64,000 nucleotides of DNA. Origin: Sphingobacteriales bacterium (GTDB lineage: Bacteria > Bacteroidota > Bacteroidia > NS11-12g > UBA9320). The notes under the pieces are model-generated. The model did not search any database. It worked only from the letters and a program-made list of their open reading frames with translations, and was not told the origin of the DNA. Both the position numbers and the translations under genes were made by a program. Where the stretch lies: NCBI GenBank assembly GCA_043511425.1, contig CP121331.1:806470-870469 (forward strand), written 5' to 3'. Positions 19,560-30,962 of this stretch are shown piece after piece. The first letter of the stretch is position 1, and the number at the start of each line of letters is the position of its first letter.

Positions 19560-20408
19560 TTATAGTTCGAAGAACTCAATGGTTTCCGTAAGGACCTCAG
19601 CAAACTGTTTTGGTATCTTACGTGCTTCTAATGGATGTTTCGTATTGAATGTATGGTCAGCAGCTTCTATCTCTACTAAGAGTGCATGAGGTACTTCTTT
19701 GTAAATGGTGTGTGCGTCCGCTAGAGGAACAACCGTGTCATCTTCCCCGTGTACGATAAGCAATGGGGTTTTGAGATTTTCAAGGTTGGTTCCTAGACTT
19801 AATGTGCTTGCATTTTCTGCAAATGCTTCCACGAACTGAAAGTAGATAGGCATCTCTTGCTTTGTTCTTCCATTTAGAATATGGTGTACGCCCTCATTTT
19901 TCCAATCTTGAAAATCCTTCATTTCCAAGTAGCGCTCTAGATCGGATACACTTGCCCAAGTAGCTATTCTAAATATTCTATCATCTTGACAAGCCCGAAG
20001 TAAAGCTATGGCTCCACCGCGACTATGACCAATCAGATTAATCTCACCATTCCATACAAATGGGAACGACTCTGCTTTATTCCCGATGAAATCAAGGACT
20101 AGTCCCAGATCGTCGTACTCTCGCTTAAAGTTATTTGCTCCAAAGGCATTGAGATCTATAAAGTCCTGCAGACTCTCAGGCGTGGTACCGTTATGTGAGA
20201 AGTTAAATTTAAAAAAAGGCTGCCCTTTTACCGCAAAGATTTCTGCAGCAAGTGGCCAAGCTCCCCAATCCTTGAATCCTTTAAACCCGTGAGCAAAGAT
20301 GGTGATAGGTACGGCCTCTTCGTACGCAGCATACGTAAGGTCAGCAGTGATTAGTCGGTCACCACTTCCTTTAAATTTATAGTTTTTATTTTGAATCAAA
20401 GACTTCAT
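19560..20408 (-). CDS. Alpha/beta-fold hydrolase
   Basis: HGFKGFKDWG, GHSRGG nucleophile elbow, HGEDD, ADHTF. Confidence 0.9.
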   Translation of the reverse strand: MKSLIQNKNYKFKGSGDRLITADLTYAAYEEAVPITIFAHGFKGFKDWGAWPLAAEIFAVKGQPFFKFNFSHNGTTPESLQDFIDLNAFGANNFKREYDDLGLVLDFIGNKAESFPFVWNGEINLIGHSRGGAIALLRACQDDRIFRIATWASVSDLERYLEMKDFQDWKNEGVHHILNGRTKQEMPIYFQFVEAFAENASTLSLGTNLENLKTPLLIVHGEDDTVVPLADAHTIYKEVPHALLVEIEAADHTFNTKHPLEARKIPKQFAEVLTETIEFFEL

Positions 20409-21289
20409 TACCTCATCTGTGTAAAGATTGTATTGGCATCAAATTTTTTCGCCGCTTCACCTACTCTTATAATTGTTACTTTTTCCATAAGGATAGTAGA
20501 GTTGGGTCGATCACCTCTACTTCTAGGTATATTTCCTATGAGCGTCACTATATGCTGTCCTAGTACTACTTCCCCGAAAATATTGTAAGCTCCGTCTAGC
20601 CACGGTGTAGCTTTGTGGGTAATAAAAAACTGGCTGCCATTGGTATTGGGTCCGGAATTAGCCATGCTGAATATTCCAGGTTTATTGTGTTTGAGTTCAG
20701 GATGCGTTTCATTTTTAAACTGATACCCCGGTCCTCCAGAACCAGTACCTGTAGGATCTCCTCCTTGAATCATGAAATTTGGTATTACCCTATGAAATAT
20801 AAGGCTATCATAGTAGGGTGTGCCGAGTGGTCTTGCGGTATTTTTCAATGTCCCTTCTGCTAATCCTACGAAGTTGGCCACGGTAAGTGGAGCTCTCTCC
20901 ATATAGAGTTTGCCTACTATAGCACCCATATTGGTCTGAATATACGCATAGATACCATCTTCGGTAAGCACAGGAGTCTTACTGACCACTTCAGCCAATT
21001 GATAGACTACTTTAGACTCGCCTTCATTTGGATTTTCTACTTTGGATTCTACTACACTGAGTTGGTATTTGAACCCCTTTTCAAAATCAAAGCCTTTGAT
21101 GTCTGTATTTAGTGCTGTCCATTCTTCTTTTAATTCCTTACCGATATATACGTTAAGACATTGCTTATTTTCGGCACAAGCTACCTGCTCACTATCTACC
21201 CATATCGTTTTTGTCTTTGGCGAATTGCCCTTAAAAATGCTACAAGATGATACTACTAAGAGTATCGCTACTAGCTTATATATATTCAT
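20408..21289 (-). CDS. Lipoprotein: DUF4377-like domain fused to a cyclophilin-type PPIase
   Basis: Lipobox VSSC; C..CL..W..IKGFDFEKGFKYQLSV (DUF4377-like); FHRVIPNFMIQGGDP, SMANSGPNTNGSQFFITH (cyclophilin). Confidence 0.88.
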   Translation of the reverse strand: MNIYKLVAILLVVSSCSIFKGNSPKTKTIWVDSEQVACAENKQCLNVYIGKELKEEWTALNTDIKGFDFEKGFKYQLSVVESKVENPNEGESKVVYQLAEVVSKTPVLTEDGIYAYIQTNMGAIVGKLYMERAPLTVANFVGLAEGTLKNTARPLGTPYYDSLIFHRVIPNFMIQGGDPTGTGSGGPGYQFKNETHPELKHNKPGIFSMANSGPNTNGSQFFITHKATPWLDGAYNIFGEVVLGQHIVTLIGNIPRSRGDRPNSTILMEKVTIIRVGEAAKKFDANTIFTQMR

Positions 21290-21294
21290 GTGTA

Positions 21295-21302
21295 CAAAGG
21301 TA
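21295..21302 (-). promoter_or_regulatory. -7 promoter element TACCTTTG, 5 nt before the cyclophilin ATG
   Basis: Minus strand reads TACCTTTG-TACAC-ATG. Confidence 0.65.
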
Positions 21303-21571
21303 AAAGTACTTTGCTTAATGTGGCGTAATGGAATAAAAATTCTGTGAACGAGCCCATAAAACGGCCTGAGGATTCATCAAACTGCTATTCATTATTGTGT
21401 ATCCATATAACACATTGAAAATCAATGTAATAAAATACAACAATGTCACTTTGTACAGTCATACTAGTGGAAAACCTCTAGACCCATCTATCATTTTTTT
21501 GCCTTCCTGAGTGTATTATGTGTAATCTCACTTTTTACTTGCTACCTAATGCACTAATCTTGCACCGCTTT

Positions 21572-23170
21572 ATGAGTCTAGAGAAAGAAATAGAAAAACG
21601 TAAAACCTTTGGTATCATCTCTCATCCAGATGCAGGAAAGACTACACTTACGGAGAAATTGCTTCTCTTTGGTGGAGCTATACAAACTGCAGGAGCAGTA
21701 AAAAGCAACAAGATAGAGAAAACTGCGACTTCAGATTTTATGGAGATTGAAAAGCAGCGTGGTATTTCTGTAGCAACTTCTGTGATGAGTTTTGAGTACA
21801 AGGGTACCAAAATAAATATTCTAGATACTCCTGGCCATAAGGATTTTGCAGAAGACACCTACCGCACACTTACAGCAGTGGATAGTGTAATCTTAGTGGT
21901 AGATGTGGCTAAGGGTGTAGAAGCACAAACACGAAAACTCATGCAGGTCTGTAGAATGAGAAATACACCTGTTATCATTTTTGTAAACAAGATGGATAGA
22001 GAAGGGCAAGACCCTTTTGACATATTGGAAGAACTGGAAACCGAGCTTCAAATAAGCACTAGACCGCTGAGCTGGCCCATTAATATGGGATCCCGATTCA
22101 AAGGAGTTTTCTTACTCCACAATCAGTCGCTTAACCTTTTTCAAGCAGATAAGACCAAGAAAGCTTCAGACTACGTAGCCATAGAAAGCCTACAAGACAA
22201 AGCTTTAGACGAAATAGTGGGAGAGGAGGATGCGAATCAGCTCCGTGAAGACGTAGAACTTATCAATGGTGTTTTTGAGCCTTTTGATAGCGAGTTGTAT
22301 GAGGAAGGACTTCTAGCTCCTGTATTCTTTGGTTCTGCACTGAATAATTTTGGGGTACAAGAGATGCTAGACACCTTCGTAGAAATAGCACCAAGTCCAA
22401 GACCACGACCTACTGATAAGCGAGACATAAATCCTACGGAAAATAAGATGACTGGGTTTATCTTTAAGATCCATGCCAATCTAGACCCAAACCACAGAGA
22501 CAGAATTGCTTTTCTTAGAGTATGTTCAGGCACCTTTGAGCGGAACAAGTTTTATGTTCATGCCAAAAGTGGTAAGAAGATGCGATTTAGTAACCCGTAT
22601 ACCTTTTTAGCAGATAGTAAAGAGGTGACACAGTACGCCTATCCCGGTGACGTAGTAGGTCTGTACGATACAGGGAATTTTAAGATAGGTGACGGGCTTA
22701 CAGAAGGAGAGATGCTCGAGTTTAAAGGTATCCCTAGCTTTAGTCCAGAACTCTTCCGTGAGGTGGTAAATATGGACCCAATGAAGAGTAAACAACTCGA
22801 AAAAGGGCTAAATCAACTTACAGACGAGGGTGTGGCACAGCTCTTTACTCAGCAGCCTGGTAATCGTAAGATCATCGGTGTAGTTGGTGAGCTACAGTTT
22901 GAAGTAATCCAATACAGACTTGAGCATGAGTACAATGCTAAAGCTCGTTTTGATGCGGTGAACTATCATAAAGCGTGTTGGATGACAGGTGACGAGGATA
23001 AGATAGCTGAATTTATCAAGTATAAGCCGAGAGATGTGGTATTAGATAAAGATGAGAATCTTGTATTCTTGGCACAGACAGCTTATGTATTGCAAATGGC
23101 TAAGTCTAACAATCCGGATATTACATTCCACGAGACCAGTGAGTTTAAAGTAGGAAAACAGAGTAAGTAA
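21572..23170 (+). CDS. prfC: Peptide chain release factor 3
   Basis: [51 protein letters not shown]. Start moved to ATG 21572. Confidence 0.97.
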   Translation: MSLEKEIEKRKTFGIISHPDAGKTTLTEKLLLFGGAIQTAGAVKSNKIEKTATSDFMEIEKQRGISVATSVMSFEYKGTKINILDTPGHKDFAEDTYRTLTAVDSVILVVDVAKGVEAQTRKLMQVCRMRNTPVIIFVNKMDREGQDPFDILEELETELQISTRPLSWPINMGSRFKGVFLLHNQSLNLFQADKTKKASDYVAIESLQDKALDEIVGEEDANQLREDVELINGVFEPFDSELYEEGLLAPVFFGSALNNFGVQEMLDTFVEIAPSPRPRPTDKRDINPTENKMTGFIFKIHANLDPNHRDRIAFLRVCSGTFERNKFYVHAKSGKKMRFSNPYTFLADSKEVTQYAYPGDVVGLYDTGNFKIGDGLTEGEMLEFKGIPSFSPELFREVVNMDPMKSKQLEKGLNQLTDEGVAQLFTQQPGNRKIIGVVGELQFEVIQYRLEHEYNAKARFDAVNYHKACWMTGDEDKIAEFIKYKPRDVVLDKDENLVFLAQTAYVLQMAKSNNPDITFHETSEFKVGKQSK

Positions 23171-23230
23171 ATAGTAAGGATTATTGTCTTAGAGCAACAA
23201 TCGAAGCACAATACCCTAACAGTACAATGA

Positions 23231-24661
23231 CTACCTAAAGGTAAAACTTAAGTACTGACTAGCACCATTTGCAGCTATGCCCTCTATGCGTATCTGACCT
23301 TTATAGTCTGTTAGAAGGGTTACTAATTCCTGAACATTGTTCATTGGTTTACCATTGATTTTAACAAATATAAAACCTGCACCTACGCTCATCTGACGTA
23401 CCTTTCCATTCGTAATGTTCGTTACTTTTATACCGTTATTTATGCGATAGGCATCTTTTTCTAGCTTAGATATTTTTTCAAATTCTGCACCGAGCACTTC
23501 GCTAACCACACTTTCTTTCTTTAAAAGTTCAGTTGTACCTTCTTTGTTCACTAGAGTAAGATCAATATCTCTGGGTTTACCATCACGGTATACTTCTAGT
23601 TTGATGATATCACCGGGACGGAGGTACGCCATGCGTTCATCGAACTTGGCTTTTGCGTCGATTACCTTTCCATCTATTTTAGTAATGACGTCACCGGCTA
23701 TCAACACCTTAGCAGCTTGTTCATTGGTATTGGTTATCCGTTTTATAAGTACGCCTTCTTCTACACCTAGTTTATCTTCTATCTCTCCATCAATATCCAC
23801 CACATCTACCCCTGCAAATCCACGTTGAACCTCACCGTACTCTTTAAGATCTTCTATCGTTTTGGATACTATATTACTCGGTATAGCAAAACCATATCCC
23901 ACATAACTACCTGTCTTACTGGCGATTGCCGTATTTACACCTACTAAATTCCCTTTCAAGTCCACCAATGCACCTCCACTATTACCCGGATTAATGGCTG
24001 CATCCGTTTGAATGAATGATTCTATTGGAAACTGATTATTTACAATATTTATATTTCTACCCTTAGCTGAAACTATACCTGCAGTAACCGTACTCGTTAA
24101 GTTAAAGGGATTTCCAACGGCTAATACCCACTGGCCTATCTCTACTTCATCTGAGTTCTTAAATTTGATAGGAGTGAGGTCTTTCGCTTCTACCTTTAGT
24201 AGAGCTAAGTCACTGCTTGGGTCAGCGCCCACTAGTTTAGCCGTGTAGGTACGTCTATTGTTACTCAATACAACCTCTATTTTGTCTGCGCTTTTTACCA
24301 CATGATGATTGGTTATGACATATCCGTCCTCAGTCACGATGACACCAGAACCCGTACTAGCTACTTTTCCTATCCTCCCAAATGGGTCGAAGTCAAATCC
24401 CCAAAATGAAGTCGTCCGTTGATATTGTTGAGACTCTGTCCGGATAAAGACTACACTTGGTGTGCTGATTTTAGATGCTGTAATGAATCCGTGCTCCAAG
24501 TCTGACCCTTCAGTATTGCTTGCTCTGTACGCATAAGACGAATTGTCAGTTTCTACGACATTGACTGCAGGACTATTAAACCATGTCTTGTACGTAAATG
24601 CACCAATAAAAGAGGCTAGAAAGCAAATAATTAATGTATAAACAACTTGACTTTTTTTCAT
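23231..24661 (-). CDS. HtrA/DegP-DegQ family serine protease with PDZ domains
   Basis: GSGVI, TNHHV (His), DLAL (Asp), IQTDAAINPGNSGG (Ser), two PDZ-like regions. Confidence 0.95.
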   Translation of the reverse strand: MKKSQVVYTLIICFLASFIGAFTYKTWFNSPAVNVVETDNSSYAYRASNTEGSDLEHGFITASKISTPSVVFIRTESQQYQRTTSFWGFDFDPFGRIGKVASTGSGVIVTEDGYVITNHHVVKSADKIEVVLSNNRRTYTAKLVGADPSSDLALLKVEAKDLTPIKFKNSDEVEIGQWVLAVGNPFNLTSTVTAGIVSAKGRNINIVNNQFPIESFIQTDAAINPGNSGGALVDLKGNLVGVNTAIASKTGSYVGYGFAIPSNIVSKTIEDLKEYGEVQRGFAGVDVVDIDGEIEDKLGVEEGVLIKRITNTNEQAAKVLIAGDVITKIDGKVIDAKAKFDERMAYLRPGDIIKLEVYRDGKPRDIDLTLVNKEGTTELLKKESVVSEVLGAEFEKISKLEKDAYRINNGIKVTNITNGKVRQMSVGAGFIFVKINGKPMNNVQELVTLLTDYKGQIRIEGIAANGASQYLSFTFR

Positions 24662-24703
24662 AATAACCGGTTGTACAATTTTTTTGCCAAAGTAAAGGAG
24701 CGA

Positions 24704-25792
24704 CTATTTTACAAGAGCCTTTACGATAAAGTTTTGTCTTGGTTTTACGGGATCATTAGTGATTACGGTTACCACCTTACCCTGCGGTCCACTTTTATTG
24801 ACTGCATCAAAAGTTACTTTTAATACAATTTCTTCTCCCGGAACTAACACGCGTTTGGAAGGAGAGACTACTGTACATGAGCAGTCCGAGTTAATTTTGC
24901 GTATGATTAAATCACTTTTACCGGTATTCTTTAGTGTTATATTCTTGGTACGTATTCCTCCGGCACCTATTTCGCCAATCATTACCTGACTGGAGCTTAG
25001 TGTTAACTGAGGGGCTTTTTTAAGTTGTCGTTTTTTTAGGTGACTGAAGTTTTGCATCAAGTCTATACCTACCGGAAACTCTTTTATAGGAAAAAATCGA
25101 TCATTCGTTTGGAGCACTATACTCCCTCGATAACCACCTACAGTATCTACATTACGCAAGTCAGCGGTGACCACCATATACGCCGTAGAATCTACTGGAA
25201 GAGTGATAGGTAGATTTCCTACAGTTACAAAAGGAACGGAGGACTTGGCACTTGAAATTACAATATCATTGTACCCATCATTAAAAAACTTGACCGTATC
25301 GATGATAACTTGACCTGTTAATTGTGACCCCCAACCAAAGTGATTTACATCCATCATCAAATACCCAAACTCACCTTTGTAGTACCTGTTAGGAGATCTG
25401 TCCGTTACAGAAACTACATTAGCGACAAAACTTAAGTCTTTCTGAAAACCGTCGGAATAGTTGCCACGTATGTACACCCATTTATTTACCTCTCCTTTGA
25501 TATTTTCCGGATTGAAATCTACGGTAATTAATCCTTTCTCACCAGGAGCATACACCTCTTTATCACTACTCAAATTAGTACATCCACAAGCCGCTTCTAG
25601 CCCTTGTATTATAAAAGAATTTGCACTGGTATTGGTAAACTTATAGGTGACTGTTTTGATTCCTCCTTCAGCTTGTATTATCCCGAAGTTAAAATCTGTA
25701 TTTTCAAAAACAATCTCATCCAATGCAACCTGAGCCATAGTCAATGCTGAACTAAAAGCGAGTATCAAAGCTATAAAAAACCTGTATTTCAT
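24704..25792 (-). CDS. DUF1573 multi-Ig-like domain protein
   Basis: Signal peptide; FNFG..FTNT..AACGCT..PGEKG and LKNTGKSDLII..SDCSCT..PGEE. Confidence 0.85.
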   Translation of the reverse strand: MKYRFFIALILAFSSALTMAQVALDEIVFENTDFNFGIIQAEGGIKTVTYKFTNTSANSFIIQGLEAACGCTNLSSDKEVYAPGEKGLITVDFNPENIKGEVNKWVYIRGNYSDGFQKDLSFVANVVSVTDRSPNRYYKGEFGYLMMDVNHFGWGSQLTGQVIIDTVKFFNDGYNDIVISSAKSSVPFVTVGNLPITLPVDSTAYMVVTADLRNVDTVGGYRGSIVLQTNDRFFPIKEFPVGIDLMQNFSHLKKRQLKKAPQLTLSSSQVMIGEIGAGGIRTKNITLKNTGKSDLIIRKINSDCSCTVVSPSKRVLVPGEEIVLKVTFDAVNKSGPQGKVVTVITNDPVKPRQNFIVKALVK

Positions 25793-25899
25793 ATATTAAT
25801 TCAAATAAAACTTCATCGAGGTAAGTAATCTAGTTAGTTAGATGAAATGTTTATAAAAAACGTTGCCCACGTTTAAAAATCTATCTTTACTTTCGCTTA

Positions 25900-26928
25900 G
25901 TGAGCAATGATATTTTAGACAGCACATCTGAGGGGTTTTCAGACCAAGATAGAGACATAGAAAAGGTGCTTAGACCGATTTCTTTTGACGATTTTGCTGG
26001 ACAAGATAAAATTCTTGATAACCTAAAAATTTTTGTAGAAGCTGCCAATCAAAGAGAAGAAGCGTTAGACCATGTTTTGCTTCACGGCCCTCCAGGCCTC
26101 GGAAAAACTACCTTAGCAAATATTATCGCCCAAGAACTGAACAGTAATATCCGTATCACAAGTGGGCCCGTACTCGAAAAACCAGGTGATTTAGCAGGGC
26201 TACTTACTAATCTAGATGAGGGTGATGTACTCTTCATAGATGAAATACACCGCCTCAGTCCTGTAATCGAAGAGTACCTCTATTCAGCGCTGGAGGACTA
26301 CAAGATTGATATCGTGTTGGATACAGGACCCAATGCTCGAAGTGTTCAAATTGGAATCAGTCCGTTCACACTAATAGGCGCTACTACACGCAGTGGATTG
26401 CTCACATCTCCGCTTAGGGCTAGATTTGGAATCACCAGCAGACTAGAATACTACGACACCTCATTATTAGCGAGCATAGTAGAACGGAGCAGTGGAATAT
26501 TGAATATGCCCATTGATCACAAAGCTGCCATTGAAATTGCCGGACGTAGTCGAGGTACTCCACGTATAGCAAACGCTCTTCTTCGTAGAACTAGGGATTT
26601 TGCTCAGATAAAAGGAGACGGCACTATATCATTAGCAATAGCTAAAATAGCCTTAGATGCATTAAATGTGGATGCCCGTGGCTTGGACGATATGGATAAC
26701 AGGATTTTAAGTGCAATCATTGATAAATTTAAAGGTGGACCTGTAGGCATAAATACCATAGCCACAGCCGTGAGTGAAGAAGCCGGTACCATAGAGGAAG
26801 TATACGAACCATTTCTGATCAAAGAAGGTTTTCTACAGCGAACTGCAAGAGGGAGAGAGGCTACGGAACTGGCTTATAAACATTTGGGTAAGGTAAACCT
26901 AAAAGGCAACAACCCTGGCCTATTTTAA
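25900..26928 (+). CDS. ruvB: Holliday junction branch migration helicase RuvB
   Basis: [54 protein letters not shown] start. Confidence 0.98.
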   Translation: MSNDILDSTSEGFSDQDRDIEKVLRPISFDDFAGQDKILDNLKIFVEAANQREEALDHVLLHGPPGLGKTTLANIIAQELNSNIRITSGPVLEKPGDLAGLLTNLDEGDVLFIDEIHRLSPVIEEYLYSALEDYKIDIVLDTGPNARSVQIGISPFTLIGATTRSGLLTSPLRARFGITSRLEYYDTSLLASIVERSSGILNMPIDHKAAIEIAGRSRGTPRIANALLRRTRDFAQIKGDGTISLAIAKIALDALNVDARGLDDMDNRILSAIIDKFKGGPVGINTIATAVSEEAGTIEEVYEPFLIKEGFLQRTARGREATELAYKHLGKVNLKGNNPGLF

Positions 26929-26931
26929 GTT

Positions 26932-27855
26932 ATGGATGTTAGACAACATCATACGAATACGGTTAAAGACATCGCCGATAAACTAGGATTTGACTTTTGT
27001 GGGATAAGTAAAGCGGGTAAACTAGAGGATGAAGCGAACCGGTTAGAGAATTGGCTCAATAAGGGGTATCACGGCAAAATGAAATGGATGGAAGGTCATT
27101 TTGACAAGCGAGTGGACCCGACCCAATTAGTACCAGGTGCTAAATCCGTCATTTCCTTACTCTTTAATTACTACCCAGAGGAGAATTTTGATAAGCATCA
27201 TTTAAAAATATCTAAGTATGCGTATGGACAAGACTATCACCACGTTATCAAGCATAAACTAAAGACTTTTGTAAACCAAATAGAAGAGCATATTGGAGCA
27301 GTGGAAGGAAGGGTTTTTATAGATTCTGCGCCAGTTCTAGATAGAGCTTGGGCCGCGAAGAGTGGATTAGGTTGGGTAGGTAAGAATAGTATGCTCATCA
27401 CAAAATCAAAAGGAAGCTTCTACTTCATCGCTGAGCTCATCCTTGATATTGATCTCTTGGCTGATTCACCAACTACTGATCACTGCGGTACGTGTACGGC
27501 ATGCATAGACGCTTGCCCCACGGAGGCCATCGTGCAAGATAAAATAATAGACAGCACCAAATGTATCTCTTACCTGACCATTGAGCTTAAGGAAGAGATT
27601 CCGTTGTCTTTTAAAGGACAAATGGAGGGATGGGTATTTGGTTGTGATATCTGCCAAGACGTTTGTCCATGGAATAAATTTGCACATCAGCATAACGTGC
27701 CTGAATTTAATCCCAATAAAGACTTTGGAAGTGCCGCACAATCAGAATGGCAAGAACTAACTGAGGAAGTATTTAAACGGGTATTTAAAAAATCTGCCGT
27801 AAAGCGAGCAGGTTTTATAAAATTAAAACAGAATTTAACATTTACTCAAGAGTAG
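26932..27855 (+). CDS. queG: tRNA epoxyqueuosine(34) reductase
   Basis: [53 protein letters not shown]. Confidence 0.96.
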   Translation: MDVRQHHTNTVKDIADKLGFDFCGISKAGKLEDEANRLENWLNKGYHGKMKWMEGHFDKRVDPTQLVPGAKSVISLLFNYYPEENFDKHHLKISKYAYGQDYHHVIKHKLKTFVNQIEEHIGAVEGRVFIDSAPVLDRAWAAKSGLGWVGKNSMLITKSKGSFYFIAELILDIDLLADSPTTDHCGTCTACIDACPTEAIVQDKIIDSTKCISYLTIELKEEIPLSFKGQMEGWVFGCDICQDVCPWNKFAHQHNVPEFNPNKDFGSAAQSEWQELTEEVFKRVFKKSAVKRAGFIKLKQNLTFTQE

Positions 27856-27889
27856 TGTATATCACTAATTTAATAATGTATAGAAAGAT

Positions 27890-29260
27890 ATGACTGAAGA
27901 ATCAAACGGATCGATCAAGGATAAGCTTGCTACTTTCCTAGGTGATACATTCACTTTAGATGATGTGAACTATTCCCAAAGTATAAAGGATATTAAAGAA
28001 GGGGTATCCTTTAAAGGATTTAATATTTGGATTTTGATATGTTCTATCCTTATTGCCTCACTAGGATTAAACATGAACAGCACTGCGGTGGTCATAGGAG
28101 CTATGCTTATCTCTCCACTCATGGGACCTATAGTCGGTTTAGGTTTAGGCATCGGGATTTTCGACAGGAAACTAATCAATAAATCCTTAAAGAATATCGG
28201 AATAGCGGCGTGTATAAGTATAATAACCGCTTATTTATTCTTTAAAATAACGCCAACAGAAGAAGTGAATGAACTGCTATCTCGCACACGACCTACAGTG
28301 CTGGATCTCTTTGTTGCATTTTTTGGTGGAGTAGCAGGAATATTAGCGGCTGCTCGCTGTTTAAGTACCAATACCATTCCTGGTGTAGCTATAGCTACAG
28401 CTCTCATGCCTCCACTATGCACTGCAGGATTTGGTCTAGCCATCGGAAACTGGGATTATTTTGCCGGTGCACTTTTTCTATTTCTGATGAATTGTATTAT
28501 GATTAGCATAGCTGCGCTTCTTGTGGTACTCTATCTTAGGTACCCTAAGTTCAGTTTTGTAGATGATGCAAAAAAACGAAAAGTGCGAGCCGGGATAATT
28601 CTTGCACTACTCCTCGTGCTTACGCCAAGTGTTTACTTTTATTACAATCTACTACAAGAAAACCTAAATGATCAGCGAATAGAAAACTTCTTGGAGAATG
28701 AAATAGCTACAAAACAAGGGATTTACATCAATAGTCATAAACTACCGGCCTCTGGGGATGAAGTGATTCTCAATGTAAATATCAGTGGAGACTACCTAGA
28801 GCCAGACAGCATAGTCAGTTTAAATGAAAGGATGAAGATGTATAACGTAATCGGTAAACTTAAGATTATTCAGCCGCAACCGATCGGGTTTAAAGAGCAG
28901 CGCCTAGCATCTCTAAAATCTGACATCATTAGTGAGCTCTATCAAAAAAGCACTACCAGTCTACAGAATAAGGATGACGAAATAAATCTGTTAAAAAATG
29001 AGGTAAAAAGACTCACCGGAGAGCAATACGCTACCAACAAAGTAGTAGCATTGGCTAAAAGTCAATTCAGCATAGAAGAGATGGCAGTAGACATACTCGT
29101 GTATACTAAAGACGAAAAAACGGATACTTTAGCGACAGCATTGGTAGGATGGAGGAGTAGAATGAGAAATGCTGAGAAAAAAAGAGAATCTGAGAAGCTC
29201 CTGAAAATGTTGCAAATACAACTCGAACGAGAGGATATTAGAATCATCGAAATAAAATAG
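27890..29260 (+). CDS. DUF389 (TIGR00341-like) membrane protein
   Basis: NSTAVVIGAMLISPLMGPI, ELLSRTRPT, PGVAIATALMPPLC. Confidence 0.9.
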   Translation: MTEESNGSIKDKLATFLGDTFTLDDVNYSQSIKDIKEGVSFKGFNIWILICSILIASLGLNMNSTAVVIGAMLISPLMGPIVGLGLGIGIFDRKLINKSLKNIGIAACISIITAYLFFKITPTEEVNELLSRTRPTVLDLFVAFFGGVAGILAAARCLSTNTIPGVAIATALMPPLCTAGFGLAIGNWDYFAGALFLFLMNCIMISIAALLVVLYLRYPKFSFVDDAKKRKVRAGIILALLLVLTPSVYFYYNLLQENLNDQRIENFLENEIATKQGIYINSHKLPASGDEVILNVNISGDYLEPDSIVSLNERMKMYNVIGKLKIIQPQPIGFKEQRLASLKSDIISELYQKSTTSLQNKDDEINLLKNEVKRLTGEQYATNKVVALAKSQFSIEEMAVDILVYTKDEKTDTLATALVGWRSRMRNAEKKRESEKLLKMLQIQLEREDIRIIEIK

Positions 29261-29285
29261 GAACACAAATTGCTATACTAGGATT

Positions 29286-29852
29286 ATGAAAAAATACAGT
29301 CTGTTTTTTATTGGTCTATTTCTCAGTTTTCTCAGCATAAATGCTCAAAATGGCAGTGACCAGATAAACCCAATAAACTTTAATCATAAACTTTATGAAA
29401 AACTAATCTTTGAAAAAGTGAATGAGTACAGAGTTGCCAATGGGTGCGAACCTCTAAAATATGACACCATTATTTATAAAGTCGCGAAGGATCACAATGA
29501 TTTTTTAAAGAACAAAACACAGCTAACACATGACCAACCCACTCCAGGTAAACGTACCATACAAGAAAGGCTGCTCCACTACCTGGATGTAGAAAAGTAC
29601 TCCGTAGGTGAAAATATAGCCCGCACATTCGTCTTAATACCGACGTACAACTATGATAAAAAGGGTAAAACAGCTATAAGTACGGCTAAGACGTACAATG
29701 AAGCTGCCACGTATATGCTAAATACTTGGATGCAGAGTAAGTACCACAACGAGAATATCCTAAATAAAAAATATACACTTGGTGCTATTGCAGCGTATTT
29801 TAATCCTAAGGATAAATCACTAACAGCGGTACAAGTATTTGCCAATATATAG
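29286..29852 (+). CDS. CAP (SCP-like) domain secreted protein
   Basis: Signal peptide; VNEYR, H..LTH, GENIA, WMQSKYHNENIL. Confidence 0.85.
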   Translation: MKKYSLFFIGLFLSFLSINAQNGSDQINPINFNHKLYEKLIFEKVNEYRVANGCEPLKYDTIIYKVAKDHNDFLKNKTQLTHDQPTPGKRTIQERLLHYLDVEKYSVGENIARTFVLIPTYNYDKKGKTAISTAKTYNEAATYMLNTWMQSKYHNENILNKKYTLGAIAAYFNPKDKSLTAVQVFANI

Positions 29853-29876
29853 TCACAGTTAAAAACTGATCGACAA

Positions 29877-29910
29877 AAAAAAACCAAGTGCTCGTGCACT
29901 TGGTTTTTTT
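29877..29910. terminator. Bidirectional intrinsic terminator
   Basis: AAAAAAACCAAGTGC-TCGT-GCACTTGGTTTTTTT, between the convergent CAP gene and slyD. Confidence 0.9.
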
Positions 29911-29931
29911 AATATAGTATGTAAGTTAAAA

Positions 29932-30423
29932 TTAATGTTGATGACCATCTGGACCGTGTACATGTCCGTGGCTTATCTCTTCTTCAGTAGCCTCACGTAA
30001 AGCAGCAATACTTCCTACAAAATGTAGGTCTTTTCCTGCTAACTGGTGATTAAAATCCATAGTGACTTTATCTTCAGATATTGCATTTACTACCCCTGTC
30101 ATAGGTTGACCTTCTTGGTTGGTTAGTTGCAATTGAGCTCCTTCAAATACATCTGTGCTCATGCTACCATCTACTAAGAAAATTGATTTGTCTAAATCTA
30201 CTACCGCTTCTGGATTAAATACTCCGTAACCTTCTGCTGCAGGCACTATGAAGTCATATTTCTCACCTTCAGCTAAACCTTCAAGTTGTTTCTCAAAACC
30301 GGGTATCATCATACCGTGACCGTGTAGATAGGTAAGTGGGCTATCACCACTAGCATCTAATTGCTGACCATCTACATCTAATACGTAATTTACGCCTACT
30401 ACAGCGTTTTTTCCTATTTTCAT
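29932..30423 (-). CDS. slyD: FKBP-type PPIase SlyD
   Basis: Start moved to ATG 30423 (MKIGKN). YLHGHGMMIPGFE, AAEGYG, DFNHQLAGKDLHF, His-rich tail HGHVHGPDGHQH. Confidence 0.93.
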   Translation of the reverse strand: MKIGKNAVVGVNYVLDVDGQQLDASGDSPLTYLHGHGMMIPGFEKQLEGLAEGEKYDFIVPAAEGYGVFNPEAVVDLDKSIFLVDGSMSTDVFEGAQLQLTNQEGQPMTGVVNAISEDKVTMDFNHQLAGKDLHFVGSIAALREATEEEISHGHVHGPDGHQH

Positions 30424-30428
30424 TAGTG

Positions 30429-30436
30429 CAAAGGTA
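30429..30436 (-). promoter_or_regulatory. -7 promoter element TACCTTTG, 5 nt before the slyD ATG
   Basis: Minus strand reads TACCTTTG-CACTA-ATG. Confidence 0.65.
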
Positions 30437-30542
30437 TTAATCCCACTATTAAAACCATCTATCGCCACCAGTTTATTGAAATCGGTAGTACTAAACTGGG
30501 AATATTTGAACACTAATTTTCTCTTCCTTTTGCGAATACGAA

Positions 30543-30550
30543 TAAATTTG
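30543..30550 (+). promoter_or_regulatory. -7 promoter element TAAATTTG
   Basis: 7 nt before ATG 30558; divergent from the slyD promoter. Confidence 0.6.
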
Positions 30551-30557
30551 CGCTCTG

Positions 30558-30962
30558 ATGAAATATACACGAATACCTTCAGACGAACTGGAAAAACTAG
30601 AAGATGAATTTGTAAACTTCTTAGTAGTAAATGGTATAACTGCAGATGACTGGGTCGCTATCAAAGAGAATGAACCCATGAATGCAGCTGAAATAGTGGA
30701 CCAGTTTAGCGACGTGGTATGGGAAAGCATTCTACGCAAGACAAAATACCTGAATAAAATAGAAGACCAAAGTGCGTATTACTTTAAGTGTGACCTAGAG
30801 AAAATATTCCTAATAAAAATAGATAAACGAGAAGAAGGGGCAGAGCAGTTATCTACTTCCAAAGAGTACCATACCACTAGAGAGCTAGAGCTTTTTGAAA
30901 TGATTCAAAATGGCTGTACCATTAGCGAGGGCGAGGAATTTGAAAAGCTGAACCTGGCTTAG
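30558..30962 (+). CDS. Conserved Bacteroidota hypothetical protein (DUF6495-like)
   Basis: MKYTR...ELEKLEDEFVNFL..NGITADDW..IK...FSDVVWE. Confidence 0.75.
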   Translation: MKYTRIPSDELEKLEDEFVNFLVVNGITADDWVAIKENEPMNAAEIVDQFSDVVWESILRKTKYLNKIEDQSAYYFKCDLEKIFLIKIDKREEGAEQLSTSKEYHTTRELELFEMIQNGCTISEGEEFEKLNLA

